This document shows, piece after piece, positions 1-10,226 of a DNA stretch of 64,000 nucleotides. The stretch is from IMG/VR virus record IMGVR_UViG_3300002026_000020. One strand, given 5' to 3'. Within the stretch, counting starts at the first letter, position 1. Every line of letters begins with the position of its first letter. The DNA comes from a virus. The notes beneath the pieces are model-generated. The model saw only the letters and a program-made list of their open reading frames with translations. It did not search any database and had not been told where the DNA came from. A program made the translations under genes and the position numbers.

Positions 1-653
1 ACTTCACCAGCGGCACCAAGAGCTTCGGCAGCTTCCTGGGCGATGATATCAAGGTCTGACATAGCGCCTTCTTCTACTGGCGAGGCTCCTGCTACACCAG
101 CCTGTGACTTTGCGGCGGCTGCTGCATTCATCTTTCTACGCATTTCAACTTCATCCGTGTCATCTGGATAATCGGTTGCTGGCTCCTGCTCGGCTTCTCC
201 CTTGAACCAGTCAAGAATGCCTTCATTGAGGCGAACCTTGATGCCAAGGTCATTCTGACGCTTGTGGAGAGTCTGAGCGGCACGAACAACCGTATCAATC
301 TGTTCCATAACAACGATAAAGTCGTTCTTACCACGGAGCTTGACCTTCATCTCGGAACTTAGGGTTCCAGCAATAGAAGTCAATGATTCAATCATGACAT
401 CTATATCATTGGGCGATCCCTTAGAGTAGCCACGCATGACCTTGGAGATAAGGTCAACAACGTTGGCACCCTCTACCTTGGAGGATACGGCTTCAGTTAT
501 GCTTCCGCAGAACTTAGCCCAAGAACCCTCTTGGAATATCTTGATTCCACTGGATAGGTGCTTGTAGTCGCACTCGCAGAGGTCGCAAGTATATTCGTTA
601 AAATTGAAGGTCTTGCTAACCTTAGATGATCCGCAGAATGGGCAGTTTGACAT
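1..653 (-). CDS. Hypothetical protein with N-terminal Zn ribbon (partial, runs off window start)
   Basis: Not in ORF track because it is truncated. ATG at 653 reads MSNCPFCGSSKVSKTFNFNEYTCDLCEC..., open to the window edge; AGGAG RBS and minus-strand TATAAATA at 678-685 upstream. Confidence 0.75.
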   Translation of the reverse strand, partial: MSNCPFCGSSKVSKTFNFNEYTCDLCECDYKHLSSGIKIFQEGSWAKFCGSITEAVSSKVEGANVVDLISKVMRGYSKGSPNDIDVMIESLTSIAGTLSSEMKVKLRGKNDFIVVMEQIDTVVRAAQTLHKRQNDLGIKVRLNEGILDWFKGEAEQEPATDYPDDTDEVEMRRKMNAAAAAKSQAGVAGASPVEEGAMSDLDIIAQEAAEALGAAGE

Positions 654-692
654 ACGTTTCTCCTAAAACTTTATATTTATTTATAATAAGGA

Positions 693-1589
693 TTATTTAG
701 ACTCTACAACATTCTTCATATACATGGTCTTCAGCATAGCCATGGCTACTTTTGCGTTAGCATCCAACGATGAATCATCTGCCGTCTGAGATATGATAAG
801 GTCTGGAAATATGCATCTAAATGCTATAAGATACCTATCGTTATCGACCTTGAAGTGTATCTTCCGTATCTCGTTTACCCACTGCTGTATCTTATATTTG
901 TGCGCAAATGCCTTGATGTCTTCTGGATTTGGGCGCTCCAAGTCAAGAAGGGTAATCGCCTTTATCATCTCACCGACGATAGGTATGCTCTTGCCGAATA
1001 GTCTGGATTCTGAAGCGGGGTCGTGCTTCCAGATTAAGAAGCCAAGGTTCAACCCACCACGGGCTACCTGAGCAATCTCTTCAAGCTGGGCTATATCCTT
1101 AGCGTCTTCTGGTCTAAGAACGATGAGAACGTTTGATCCATGGAAGCTCTCTTTGAACTCCACAACCATCTCGTTGACATCCTTCATGAACTCTGGATTA
1201 GAAGAACTCTGTGGGTCATTCCTCAAGAAGTGCAACATTTTATCAAACTTGACTGGAAATATCTTCAACCCGAAGAACTTGGTGGCTATAAAGTCACGTT
1301 CTTCCATGGATAGATCATACGATAGCTGATTGGCAACATCGTTCTCATATGACTTGTCATAATCGGTTACAAGCCCGATATCTACCTTCTCGTTGAACTT
1401 TCCAGCAGCTTTCTTGATATACGTCTCGACAAACTGACAAATTCTGGCATACTCATCCTTGGTTATTGGATTGTAGTCACCTGCAAACAGCACAACATCC
1501 CAAGGGGCTGCCATTGGTGGAGTAGGAACCTCATCAACTTTTGCTGCTACGGTTTCTGTATAGAACTTCTTGAATGAGTTTTTAGACAT
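693..1589 (-). CDS. Hypothetical protein, degenerate HxGH (cytidylyltransferase-like) fold
   Basis: VVLFAGDYNPITKDE resembles the G-R-F-N-P-x-T/H-x-G-H strand but lacks the His residues; N-terminus MSKNSFKKFYTE. Confidence 0.5.
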   Translation of the reverse strand: MSKNSFKKFYTETVAAKVDEVPTPPMAAPWDVVLFAGDYNPITKDEYARICQFVETYIKKAAGKFNEKVDIGLVTDYDKSYENDVANQLSYDLSMEERDFIATKFFGLKIFPVKFDKMLHFLRNDPQSSSNPEFMKDVNEMVVEFKESFHGSNVLIVLRPEDAKDIAQLEEIAQVARGGLNLGFLIWKHDPASESRLFGKSIPIVGEMIKAITLLDLERPNPEDIKAFAHKYKIQQWVNEIRKIHFKVDNDRYLIAFRCIFPDLIISQTADDSSLDANAKVAMAMLKTMYMKNVVESK

Positions 1590-1590
1590 A

Positions 1591-1944
1591 TTAGAGAACC
1601 TTTACTTCCAGTTGGTCAAGTAACATCTGTATGAGTTCTTTTTGCTTATTCTTTAGGAACGGAGCCTTGACGAGCATTCCATCCTCTATAACGATTCTCT
1701 GGCGGGTAGATAAAATGTCATTACTATTGAAACCGTAGAACTTCAACACTTTTGTCATGTATAAGGTCTTCTTATTCCGATCTTCAAGTTCTATTATGAG
1801 GCGAAGCATCATGTCAAGTAGAATAGACATATCACTATCCTGACTTTTTATGACAGAGAATACCTCTTTGATAGACTCATCCGATACGGGATTTATCTTC
1901 TCCTGCTCAATAAGCGTGATACTTTCGTCAATATTCATAGCCAT
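1591..1944 (-). CDS. Hypothetical protein (late)
   Basis: ORF with RBS and minus-strand TATAAATA at 1972-1979. Confidence 0.7.
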   Translation of the reverse strand: MAMNIDESITLIEQEKINPVSDESIKEVFSVIKSQDSDMSILLDMMLRLIIELEDRNKKTLYMTKVLKFYGFNSNDILSTRQRIVIEDGMLVKAPFLKNKQKELIQMLLDQLEVKVL

Positions 1945-2035
1945 TGTATAATCGCCCTCTTTCGTATAATCTATTTATAAAAGATAAACCTATTTGTGAC
2001 ATTCCCAAAATCAGCTACATACCTGTGGAGGAAAT

Positions 2036-2521
2036 ATGACCGACGTTGCCGAAACTGCTAAAGATGAAATAGTAGAACAATCCATTGATGATATTATAAA
2101 GGATATTGACGTAAAGTTCTTCGAAAAGTATGAGAAGGTCAAAAGTGAGGCAGAACAGGCTGTATTATATAAGAGGGATGAGGATTTAGATATACAAATT
2201 ATAAATTGTCACTCGGCTGCGATGCGCTTTACTGATCGTCATGCCTATGAGAAGCACCTATACTTCCGCTTGAAGGCTAAGTTTGAGAGAATATATGCCG
2301 AAGAGGTAGAGAACGCAAAGCGTAACCCGCTTATGTTGAGAACCACATCCGAGTTGGATGGGTTTGTTATACGCAGTAACAGAATAGCCAAGGCAAAAGC
2401 CATCCTACAGAACCAGCTTGAATTAGTTGAATATCTTCAGTCAGTTCTTGATCTGCTCAAGTCTAAGCGGTTTGACTTGAAGACTATTGCTGATATAAAA
2501 AAGTCGGAGAATGGTAGATAA
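2036..2521 (+). CDS. uvsY: UvsY-like recombination mediator
   Basis: Helical protein with C-terminal KRFDLKTIADIKK resembling the UvsY C-terminus; adjacent to uvsW; GGAGG RBS. Confidence 0.65.
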   Translation: MTDVAETAKDEIVEQSIDDIIKDIDVKFFEKYEKVKSEAEQAVLYKRDEDLDIQIINCHSAAMRFTDRHAYEKHLYFRLKAKFERIYAEEVENAKRNPLMLRTTSELDGFVIRSNRIAKAKAILQNQLELVEYLQSVLDLLKSKRFDLKTIADIKKSENGR

Positions 2522-2538
2522 GGCTATATAATATATGA

Positions 2539-3534
2539 GTGGAAAACTCTGATAAGCCGAAGATAACTTTTGTATGGATAAACAACATTTACGGGCAATT
2601 GCTCTGTGATGATCCGAGGCTTATGGATGCCGCTATCAAGAGGTTTGCGGTTCCTGTAGAAAACTATTTCTTCATGCCAGCATACAAGTCTGGTCGCTGG
2701 GACGGCAAGATTAGGTTCCTAAACTTCAACGGAACGTTCTATACTGGCATATACCACAGACTTCTGAAATATGTTCAGAATGATGAACTGTATGAGCTTG
2801 TTGTTGACCCAATGTTTCAGAAGTTGACCAATAAAGATAAGGATGCTCTGAAAGAAGACTTCTTCCGTATTACAGAAGAGACATTGGATTCTGGTGTTGT
2901 TCCTTACACCCATCAATACCGTGGAGCATTGAAGTCTCTCTATTTCGAGAGAGGTATATGTGAACACGTTACATCGTCAGGTAAGTCGCTTACTATAAGC
3001 CTTACTATAAATTACCTGTATAACAGCAATAAAGATAACAAGATACTTATCTTAGTTCCTAAGCTTGACCTTGTTGAGCAGTTTGTTGAGAACATGACTG
3101 CGTATGGAATTCCTGAAGACCTTATAGGAAAATACTGTGGGTATCAAAAAGATACTGACCAGCCTTACATAGTATCAACATGGCAGTCTATATACAAGCA
3201 GAAGGATTTCCTGAAAGAGTTTACTATTATGATAGTGGATGAGTGTCTACACCCATCTACACAAATAACAATGGCGGATGGAACCACCAAGCTTATAAAA
3301 GATATAGGTGTTGGTGATATTGTAAAAACTGTAAATGAAACTACAGGAACAGTCGAATATAAACCCGTTGTAAAATTACATTCCAATTTATCAAAGAATA
3401 ACCAAATGTATAAAATAACTACGAGTGACGGTAACACTCTACTTATAACAGGCAATCATAAGGTAATGTTATCGGACGGTAGTTGGAAAAAAGCAGAAGA
3501 TTTAAGTGTTGATGATGATATAAAAAATATATAG
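2539..3534 (+). CDS. uvsW: UvsW SF2 helicase N-terminal half fused to split intein N-fragment
   Basis: FMPAYKSGRWDGKIR, Walker A TSSGKS, STWQS, then DE|CLHPSTQITMADG (intein block A) and TGNH (block B). Confidence 0.92.
   Translation: MENSDKPKITFVWINNIYGQLLCDDPRLMDAAIKRFAVPVENYFFMPAYKSGRWDGKIRFLNFNGTFYTGIYHRLLKYVQNDELYELVVDPMFQKLTNKDKDALKEDFFRITEETLDSGVVPYTHQYRGALKSLYFERGICEHVTSSGKSLTISLTINYLYNSNKDNKILILVPKLDLVEQFVENMTAYGIPEDLIGKYCGYQKDTDQPYIVSTWQSIYKQKDFLKEFTIMIVDECLHPSTQITMADGTTKLIKDIGVGDIVKTVNETTGTVEYKPVVKLHSNLSKNNQMYKITTSDGNTLLITGNHKVMLSDGSWKKAEDLSVDDDIKNI
3244..3531 (+). mobile_element. Split intein N-fragment (96 aa)
   Basis: Starts at Cys of CLHPST, contains TxxH block B, ends at TAG 3532-3534. 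Confidence 0.9.
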
Positions 3535-4415
3535 TGTCATGGTCTAAAAGGCATATAAATACATATATGAAACCTATAATACAATCAGCATACGATTCAA
3601 TAAGAATTGAAAATTACAATAAAGAAGATTTATATCGTATACTGAAGTCGGAATCGCTGCGGTGGTCGCAAAACTTACATAAGTGGTTTTTAGACCGTAA
3701 TTTAGGAAGTATATATGAATGTATTTTTGGTAATATTATACATAAAAATACTTCACCATCAATAAGTAAAATAATGTATGATTTTTGTATAGGGCAAAAA
3801 TACTGTAAAATATGTGGAATGGAGTCTAAGTATTTTACATTCACCGAAGGATACTGTCATACTTGTGGTAACGAGACTTGTTATAATAAGTTAAATTCTA
3901 AATTGCGGTGCGGGGATAAAAATCCATGTCATAAGATGACAGATTTTACTAAGAAGGAAGCGGCTCGTAAACAGTCTGTAAAAATAAAAGCTAAGATTCT
4001 TGATGGTAGTTTTACGCCTTGCATTACTAACAGTTGGGCTAATAGTAGATGTAAAATAAAAATAGAAGGCAATTGCGAATATTTATTTAGAAGCACCTGG
4101 GAGGCTATGTTTTGGATATTGACTGGATATGAATATGAAAAAGTGCGTATACAATACAAAGACCTCGGTGGTATATCTCATACATATATAGTTGATTTTG
4201 TTGATTATAAAACACATACACTATACGAAATAAAACCTTCAAAATTAGTAGATAATAGTATCAATAAAATAAAAATGAAATATGCTAAAAGTTGGTGTAG
4301 AAAAAACGGATATAATATAGTTATTATAGACGAACACTACCTCAAGCAGTATAAAGATAGAATACTATCAATGACAACCGATCCAAAAATTATAAAAGCA
4401 ATAGAAAAGTTATGA
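3534..4415 (+). CDS. Free-standing endonuclease (TnsA-N-like PD-(D/E)xK) between the split-intein halves
   Basis: FRSTWE..YEYE..HTYIVDF..LYEIKP motif; CxxC pairs; AT-rich; overlaps both neighbours by 1-4 nt. Confidence 0.75.
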   Translation: MSWSKRHINTYMKPIIQSAYDSIRIENYNKEDLYRILKSESLRWSQNLHKWFLDRNLGSIYECIFGNIIHKNTSPSISKIMYDFCIGQKYCKICGMESKYFTFTEGYCHTCGNETCYNKLNSKLRCGDKNPCHKMTDFTKKEAARKQSVKIKAKILDGSFTPCITNSWANSRCKIKIEGNCEYLFRSTWEAMFWILTGYEYEKVRIQYKDLGGISHTYIVDFVDYKTHTLYEIKPSKLVDNSINKIKMKYAKSWCRKNGYNIVIIDEHYLKQYKDRILSMTTDPKIIKAIEKL

Positions 4416-4516
4416 AAATTACAAAGATAGAAAAAATAGATTACACCGACGACGTTTATAATTTACATATAGAAGATAACCATAATTACTTTGCGAATGG
4501 CATATGTGTCTCAAAC
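4412..4516 (+). mobile_element. Split intein C-fragment (35 aa)
   Basis: Block F/G, terminal Asn followed by Cys+1 at 4517. Confidence 0.9.
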
Positions 4517-5287
4517 TGTCACGGACTAAAGGCTGATGTGGTTAGGTCGGTTGCTGAGAAGATGACCAACGCAACCATCCGCTTAGGCTTCACCGGAACC
4601 ATGCCAGAGGCTAAAGCGGACTTTATGTTGGTTGAAGGGGTTCTCGGACCAATCATCGACAAAGTTGGCTACACGGAGCTTCAGGACGCAAAGCAGATAT
4701 CAGACATATCGGTTCGCATAGTCAATATTCTTTACTCAAAAGAGGTTGTAGAACAGAATGCTGTGAGTGACTATGCTCAAGAGAAAGATTTCATTGAGAG
4801 CGATCCATACCGTAATCGTGTCATATGTAAGATAGCGCAGGAATACACCAAGGCAGACAAAAATGTTCTCATTCTGGTCAAGAAGATTGACCACACTGAA
4901 ACCATGAAGAACATTCTTGAGAAGCTTGGTATGAAGGTGTGTGTTGTTACTGGTGAGACTAAGATTGAAGAGCGTAATAAGGCTCGCCATGATATGGAGA
5001 AGTCGGGTGGTAACGTTATTGTCGCTACTGTTGGAGTTTACTCGACGGGTGTTTCTATAAACAGACTTCACACCGTTATATTCGCTTCCGCTGGTAAGAG
5101 TAAGATACAAACTCTCCAGTCAGTTGGTCGTGGATTGCGTCTCCACAACACAAAAGACAAACTGCACCTGTATGATATCTGTGAGAACCTACGTTTCTCA
5201 GAACAGCATTCCAAGAAGAGAATAAAATACTACAAGGATAACAACTTCGACTTCGTAGTTAGAGATGTGGTGGTGAAGAGTGCCTAA
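4412..5287 (+). CDS. uvsW: Split intein C-fragment fused to UvsW C-terminal half
   Basis: MKITKIEK..VYNLHIEDNHNYFANGICVSN|CHG, then GFTGT, STGVSI and QSVGRGLR helicase motifs. Confidence 0.92.
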   Translation: MKITKIEKIDYTDDVYNLHIEDNHNYFANGICVSNCHGLKADVVRSVAEKMTNATIRLGFTGTMPEAKADFMLVEGVLGPIIDKVGYTELQDAKQISDISVRIVNILYSKEVVEQNAVSDYAQEKDFIESDPYRNRVICKIAQEYTKADKNVLILVKKIDHTETMKNILEKLGMKVCVVTGETKIEERNKARHDMEKSGGNVIVATVGVYSTGVSINRLHTVIFASAGKSKIQTLQSVGRGLRLHNTKDKLHLYDICENLRFSEQHSKKRIKYYKDNNFDFVVRDVVVKSA

Positions 5288-6764
5288 GTTTCGCAATACA
5301 ACGTCACGGGAAATAGGTCTACTACATCAAGGTCGTAAGATAAGTATTCCTCCAGGGGCTATTGTTGACGGACCTGACCACTTCAAGATGTATAAAGGTC
5401 TATCTGTAGTTACCGACGCTGATGTTGAAAAGTATAGGCGGATACTTCCTAAAGTTGTTCAAAATAACCCCGCTTCACCATTGAAAAGGTTTATAAAACC
5501 AAACGAGAGCCTTATGGATTCGACAAATATAGAAAGCATCCAATACCATCCTAAAAATGTTGATAATACATTTGAGGCTGTTCAGTTTATTTCCGAATAT
5601 GATAAAAAGGGAACTTTGACTGTAACTATTTGTATTGATGGAACTCGTGAGAATGTGAAAAACTTTATTCTAAATGTCGGCTCCAAAACTAAACACCCAA
5701 GCATAGAGTTTCTTTGGGTAAATCCAGAGCCGGATAGTGAACTAAAGACTATTGATGAAAATGTCATTCATAAGCTTACAAACAGATACATTCTAAGACA
5801 CTCAGCAGACTTGCTTATCGTAGACGATTACATCCGTGCGTTTGTTAAGTATGGCTGCACAAATAAAGTCAAGCTACCGAAGCCAGTTGTATTGGAAGAG
5901 TTGAGCCACAACTATGTAAAGAATAAGATACTCAACAACTACTTTACAAAGAAGACTGTTGACATATCCATAGTAACCCTTTCTCATAACGTAGGGCAAT
6001 ACTATAACTTGTTAGAGGATTTGAAGAACCAGCGAACCAAGGCTACATTTGAAGTTATAGCAATACCAAACTATAACAAAGAGTTTAGCAGTTGTGCTGA
6101 AGCATTGAATTACGGCAGAGATATATCCGATGGTAGTGTTGTTATTTTATGCCATCAAGACCTAAGAGTTCCTGAAGGGTGGGTTCATGGTATTATGAGT
6201 CATGTTTCTTACTTCGAGAGTAAGAATATACCGTGGGGTGTTCTTGGAATGGCTGGATGCTTCAAGAATAGCCCAGCGTCAACACCTGACCAAGATATCT
6301 GTATCATTTATTTGTCTGACAAGGTTCCAGATGGAAGAACCTACGCCCAGGCGTATCGTCAAATGTTCGGTCCTCGCAAGGAGGTTCAGACGGTTGATGA
6401 GTTATGTCTTATAGTTCCCAAGACGGCACCGTTTAGCTTCGATGAAACTATGCTTGACCATTTCCATTGGTATGGTGCTGATATATGTATGGATGCTCTG
6501 TCTAAAGGATATAGGAACTTCGCTATAGACGCCGAGTGTATCCATTTGTCAGACGGTAGAAGTAACTTATCGGGCGGTCACGCAGCTAAGTTTGTCGAGG
6601 ATGCCCGTAAGATATGGTGGAAGTGGAGTAGTCGCTTCCCATATTTCAGAACAACAACGGCGACCTTTATGTTCAAAGAAAAAGTTATAATATTCGGTAT
6701 CTTTATACTTATAAACAGGGGCAATGGTAATAACAACTTGCCGGAAATGATAAAGATGAATTGA
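5280..6764 (+). CDS. Glycosyltransferase (GT-A fold C-terminal domain) with unknown N-terminal region
   Basis: AEALNYG..ILCHQD..GVLGMAG..VQTVDE..FDE..FHWYGADIC motifs. Confidence 0.75.
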   Translation: MPKFRNTTSREIGLLHQGRKISIPPGAIVDGPDHFKMYKGLSVVTDADVEKYRRILPKVVQNNPASPLKRFIKPNESLMDSTNIESIQYHPKNVDNTFEAVQFISEYDKKGTLTVTICIDGTRENVKNFILNVGSKTKHPSIEFLWVNPEPDSELKTIDENVIHKLTNRYILRHSADLLIVDDYIRAFVKYGCTNKVKLPKPVVLEELSHNYVKNKILNNYFTKKTVDISIVTLSHNVGQYYNLLEDLKNQRTKATFEVIAIPNYNKEFSSCAEALNYGRDISDGSVVILCHQDLRVPEGWVHGIMSHVSYFESKNIPWGVLGMAGCFKNSPASTPDQDICIIYLSDKVPDGRTYAQAYRQMFGPRKEVQTVDELCLIVPKTAPFSFDETMLDHFHWYGADICMDALSKGYRNFAIDAECIHLSDGRSNLSGGHAAKFVEDARKIWWKWSSRFPYFRTTTATFMFKEKVIIFGIFILINRGNGNNNLPEMIKMN

Positions 6765-7190
6765 CAAATTCACATAACACGGTCTAATGTATCAAAAGGG
6801 TTTCCTAAGTTAGTCCTCACCCACCAAAAAGGACAGCAGTTGTTAGAGGCGCAAGGTAGCATATCTTGACAGCGCAGATAACACTCCCGACGAAAGAGGG
6901 GGAGAAGAGAAAACAAAGATATGACGGTAAACCATATGTCACCCCAGCCGTAAAATGGGCGATGTTACGCGAACATCATGACACATACTTTCAGAAAACC
7001 AGATGTGAGTCTGTATAGGTGAAATATGTATATGCAGTATTTTTATGCAGTAAGAGGAAATAGCTAATATCTATTGATACTATTTTTATACTTACTTAAA
7101 CTAACTTATAAGATTATATGAAGTAGCTTATAGTAGCTTATAGCTACTCCGCCCAGGTGGCACCCCAATCAATACATTATGAGATGAAAC

Positions 7191-7218
7191 AAAAAAGCTA
7201 CGGTTTTTGACCGTAGCT
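7191..7218 (-). terminator. Intrinsic terminator downstream of gp46
   Basis: AGCTACGG-loop-CCGTAGCT hairpin with an A-run on the left (U-tract on the minus strand). Confidence 0.6.
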
Positions 7219-7244
7219 AATGTGTTTGTATATGAATGTTGTTT

Positions 7245-9038
7245 TTAGCTTTGCATTTCAACTATCTTTTCGATAGTGGTGAATCCCTTAGACTTCTTCA
7301 AGCATATTATTCTATCAAAGGTATCGTTGGAAATGTCATTGCGATGTGTAATGATATAGATACACTTCTCACCATAAATCTTTTTGAAACCATTCTTGAG
7401 GAAGTCTAAGAAGTTTTCAACTCCGTCGTTATCCATTGATGTATCAAGCACTTCGTCAAGAACGAGTATATTAGTATCAACCGAGTTTTGCATTTTTGCT
7501 ATATCCATAAGAGCAAGAAGAATAGCTAAATCTATACGCTTCTTTTCACCCGAAGAGAAGTTGTTATAGTTTCTCTCTTCTCTTGTTCTTGTGATAACTT
7601 TCTCAACTAAGTTATTGTCAAATATAAGGCTGTAATCACTACCCATAAGTTTGAGGTAATGATTTATCTTGTTATTGAAGAACGGCATGATTTTAGATAG
7701 AACGAACCTTCTAACACCATCTTCCCCGAGCATGTTTCTGATGAACTTGGAATACTCAAATGTAGCAACCGAGTCATTCATCTTCTGCTCAGACTTTTTG
7801 ACTGAATCTTTATACTCTTGATACTTTTCTTCAGATATTACAGAACCAAGGTCAAGAGTTCTTGCTCTGGTTTTAGCTAACTCACTATTCTTACCATCTA
7901 TCTGACTAACTATAACGTTTCGCTTACTCTTCATTTGAGCAATAGAACTTATCTTGGCTTCAAGCGAGCTAATCTCACTCACTTTAGCTTCTTTAGCTTT
8001 CTTACCAAGTTCTTTCTTACCGAATATATCATTTAGCATTGTTTCACACTCGGTAACTTTATCCTTACATTCCTGAATCCATTTCTGAGCCATAGGGCTT
8101 TCGGCTAATACAGTTCTGCATGATGGGCAAGTAGTTTCATGCTCAAGTCGCTTTAGAACAGCTTGAGCATCCTTCATATCCTTATTACATTCAGCCTCTC
8201 TCTTCACAAGCACCATAAGCTTCGCATCTATATTTGTTAGACTTGTCTTAGCGGTTGATAATAGAGATGCATAATCAGTTTCATCAATCGTTATAGAGTC
8301 TCTTCTACTCTCAAGTGTAACTATATCTGTTTCTATTTCTTGACATTGGAGCCGCTTCTCTTCCTCAAAGTGTTCCTGCTTTTCTTTTAGAGACTTTATA
8401 CTCTCGTCGGCAACCTGAAGTGACTTTATATAACTTCTCAGTTCTGTTTCCGCAACACTCTTATCACCCTTAGAAGAAAGGTGAATAGATTTTGCCTGCT
8501 CTGACATTCTACCATATACATTCAGCGATAGAACGTCTTCAATAACTTCACGCTTCAGGGCAGCATCCATTGCGAGGAACGGCTGAGACGAGTTGACATT
8601 GAGAACGAGAATATTAGAGAAGCATGTATGGCTAATACCGAGTTTTGTAACAAGCCAGTCTTGAGTATGCTTCATAGAGTCAAACTTAACTTCAACAGCA
8701 TTGTGGATGATGGTTAGACCGTTTGGCTTTATTGTTCTTGTTACAGTGATTGATTCCTTATCAATAGTAAAGTCAACAGATACGGAACACTCTCTACCGT
8801 TTACATCGTTAATAAGGTCTTCTTTATTGATATGAGCATCGCCACGCAGAGGGCGACCATATAAAGCAAACGAAAGAGAGTCAACGAGAAGAGTTGACTT
8901 GCCAACCCCATTTCTCTTAGTTGAACCCTCGACAATACCAGTTACAACGTTTATTCCCTTTTGGTAGTCAAAGATAGTCTCGTTATTACCAAACGAGAGA
9001 AAGTTCTTTAGCGTGACTCTTTGGAAGGTTATCTTCAT
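7245..9038 (-). CDS. 46: gp46 (Rad50/SbcC-like) recombination ATPase
   Basis: KNFLSFGN, NGVGKST, coiled coil with CPSC zinc hook, FSSGEK, LDE. Confidence 0.95.
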   Translation of the reverse strand: MKITFQRVTLKNFLSFGNNETIFDYQKGINVVTGIVEGSTKRNGVGKSTLLVDSLSFALYGRPLRGDAHINKEDLINDVNGRECSVSVDFTIDKESITVTRTIKPNGLTIIHNAVEVKFDSMKHTQDWLVTKLGISHTCFSNILVLNVNSSQPFLAMDAALKREVIEDVLSLNVYGRMSEQAKSIHLSSKGDKSVAETELRSYIKSLQVADESIKSLKEKQEHFEEEKRLQCQEIETDIVTLESRRDSITIDETDYASLLSTAKTSLTNIDAKLMVLVKREAECNKDMKDAQAVLKRLEHETTCPSCRTVLAESPMAQKWIQECKDKVTECETMLNDIFGKKELGKKAKEAKVSEISSLEAKISSIAQMKSKRNVIVSQIDGKNSELAKTRARTLDLGSVISEEKYQEYKDSVKKSEQKMNDSVATFEYSKFIRNMLGEDGVRRFVLSKIMPFFNNKINHYLKLMGSDYSLIFDNNLVEKVITRTREERNYNNFSSGEKKRIDLAILLALMDIAKMQNSVDTNILVLDEVLDTSMDNDGVENFLDFLKNGFKKIYGEKCIYIITHRNDISNDTFDRIICLKKSKGFTTIEKIVEMQS

Positions 9039-9106
9039 GTAAAATATCCCCTTTACTCTTCTACATTTTAGCAGAAAAGCCGTATTTTACAATAGTTATT
9101 TCAACT

Positions 9107-10204
9107 TCAGTCTTTTTCTTTTTCTATTTTCTGGTATAGTTCCATCACTCGTTTCGTCAACTCTTTCTTATCCAGAGTTATTTCACTATCACTTGGAAGC
9201 TCTATCGTCTTCACATACTCTAATAAGAACGATAGCGGATCATTGAGCTTTGATAAATCAACATCCTTCATAGCATCAGCATCAATAGCCTCTTCAATAT
9301 ACTGATTGTCTATATCAAACTTGAACGGGTGTAGACCCTCTATAACAGAAGTCACTTTCAATATCACCGAGTCTTTATACTTCTTATCAATGATAAGTCT
9401 TACAACATTACCCTTCACCTTCTTCAATGACTCACGCTCACCAGCGGCAAGTTCTGACATCAGTATCTTGATATGGTGTGGGCTATCTGTATTCTTGATA
9501 AACGTGGTTTCACCAGTATCGACATCATATATGTGAATGCCTTTATCGTTACCGTAATCACTCCACGATAACTGATATGGGCATCCGAGGTATGAAAGTT
9601 GTTGCCTCGTATCCCTAATGTGATAATGACCTGAAAAAACTCTGGTGAAGTTTTTGAATACCGGTCCATCAAGACCTGTCATGTCGGTCAATCCAGGCTG
9701 AACCTCAAATCCACGCATTTCGAAGTGACCAAGAAGTAAATCAAACTTCTCATCACTATTAGCCATGGATATAAACTTTTGGTAAGTGGCAGTATCATGA
9801 ATAAGCCACGGAACCATGACGATCTTTTTACTGCCTATCTTCTCTACTTGAATAGAGTCTATAATCTCAACATTACCCATATGTCTAAGACATTCAATAG
9901 AGTTTATATCTGTTCTATTATGGTAGTATATATCGTGGTTGCCGAGAAGTATCTTGAACGTTACGTCTTTATGTTCCTCAGAATACCACCTAAAGACTTC
10001 CATGACTGTATTCATGGTTCTGACGTTTAGAGTATTCCTATTATCAAATAAATCCCCGAGAATACGAACGTCGGTTATTTTATTCTCCGTAATAGCCCTA
10101 AGAAGGGTAGTCGTGAAGAAGTCTTTGATAATCGTGAGATACTTTTCGCTGTTTCCTCTACATCCAAAGTGGATGTCGGATATCATCAAAATCTTGTTAC
10201 TCAT
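9107..10204 (-). CDS. 47: gp47 (Mre11/SbcD-like) nuclease
   Basis: SDIHFG, GDLFD, GNHD, GHFE, SGHYH metallophosphoesterase motifs. Confidence 0.95.
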   Translation of the reverse strand: MSNKILMISDIHFGCRGNSEKYLTIIKDFFTTTLLRAITENKITDVRILGDLFDNRNTLNVRTMNTVMEVFRWYSEEHKDVTFKILLGNHDIYYHNRTDINSIECLRHMGNVEIIDSIQVEKIGSKKIVMVPWLIHDTATYQKFISMANSDEKFDLLLGHFEMRGFEVQPGLTDMTGLDGPVFKNFTRVFSGHYHIRDTRQQLSYLGCPYQLSWSDYGNDKGIHIYDVDTGETTFIKNTDSPHHIKILMSELAAGERESLKKVKGNVVRLIIDKKYKDSVILKVTSVIEGLHPFKFDIDNQYIEEAIDADAMKDVDLSKLNDPLSFLLEYVKTIELPSDSEITLDKKELTKRVMELYQKIEKEKD

Positions 10205-10226
10205 ACAACTATTTTACCGACTTTCG

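Noticed and set aside
3532-4415. Stop-codon recoding or frameshift joining the uvsW pieces
   Set aside because: The pieces lie in three frames with proper IntN/IntC termini. TAG and TGA end genes normally elsewhere and no suppressor tRNA is seen.
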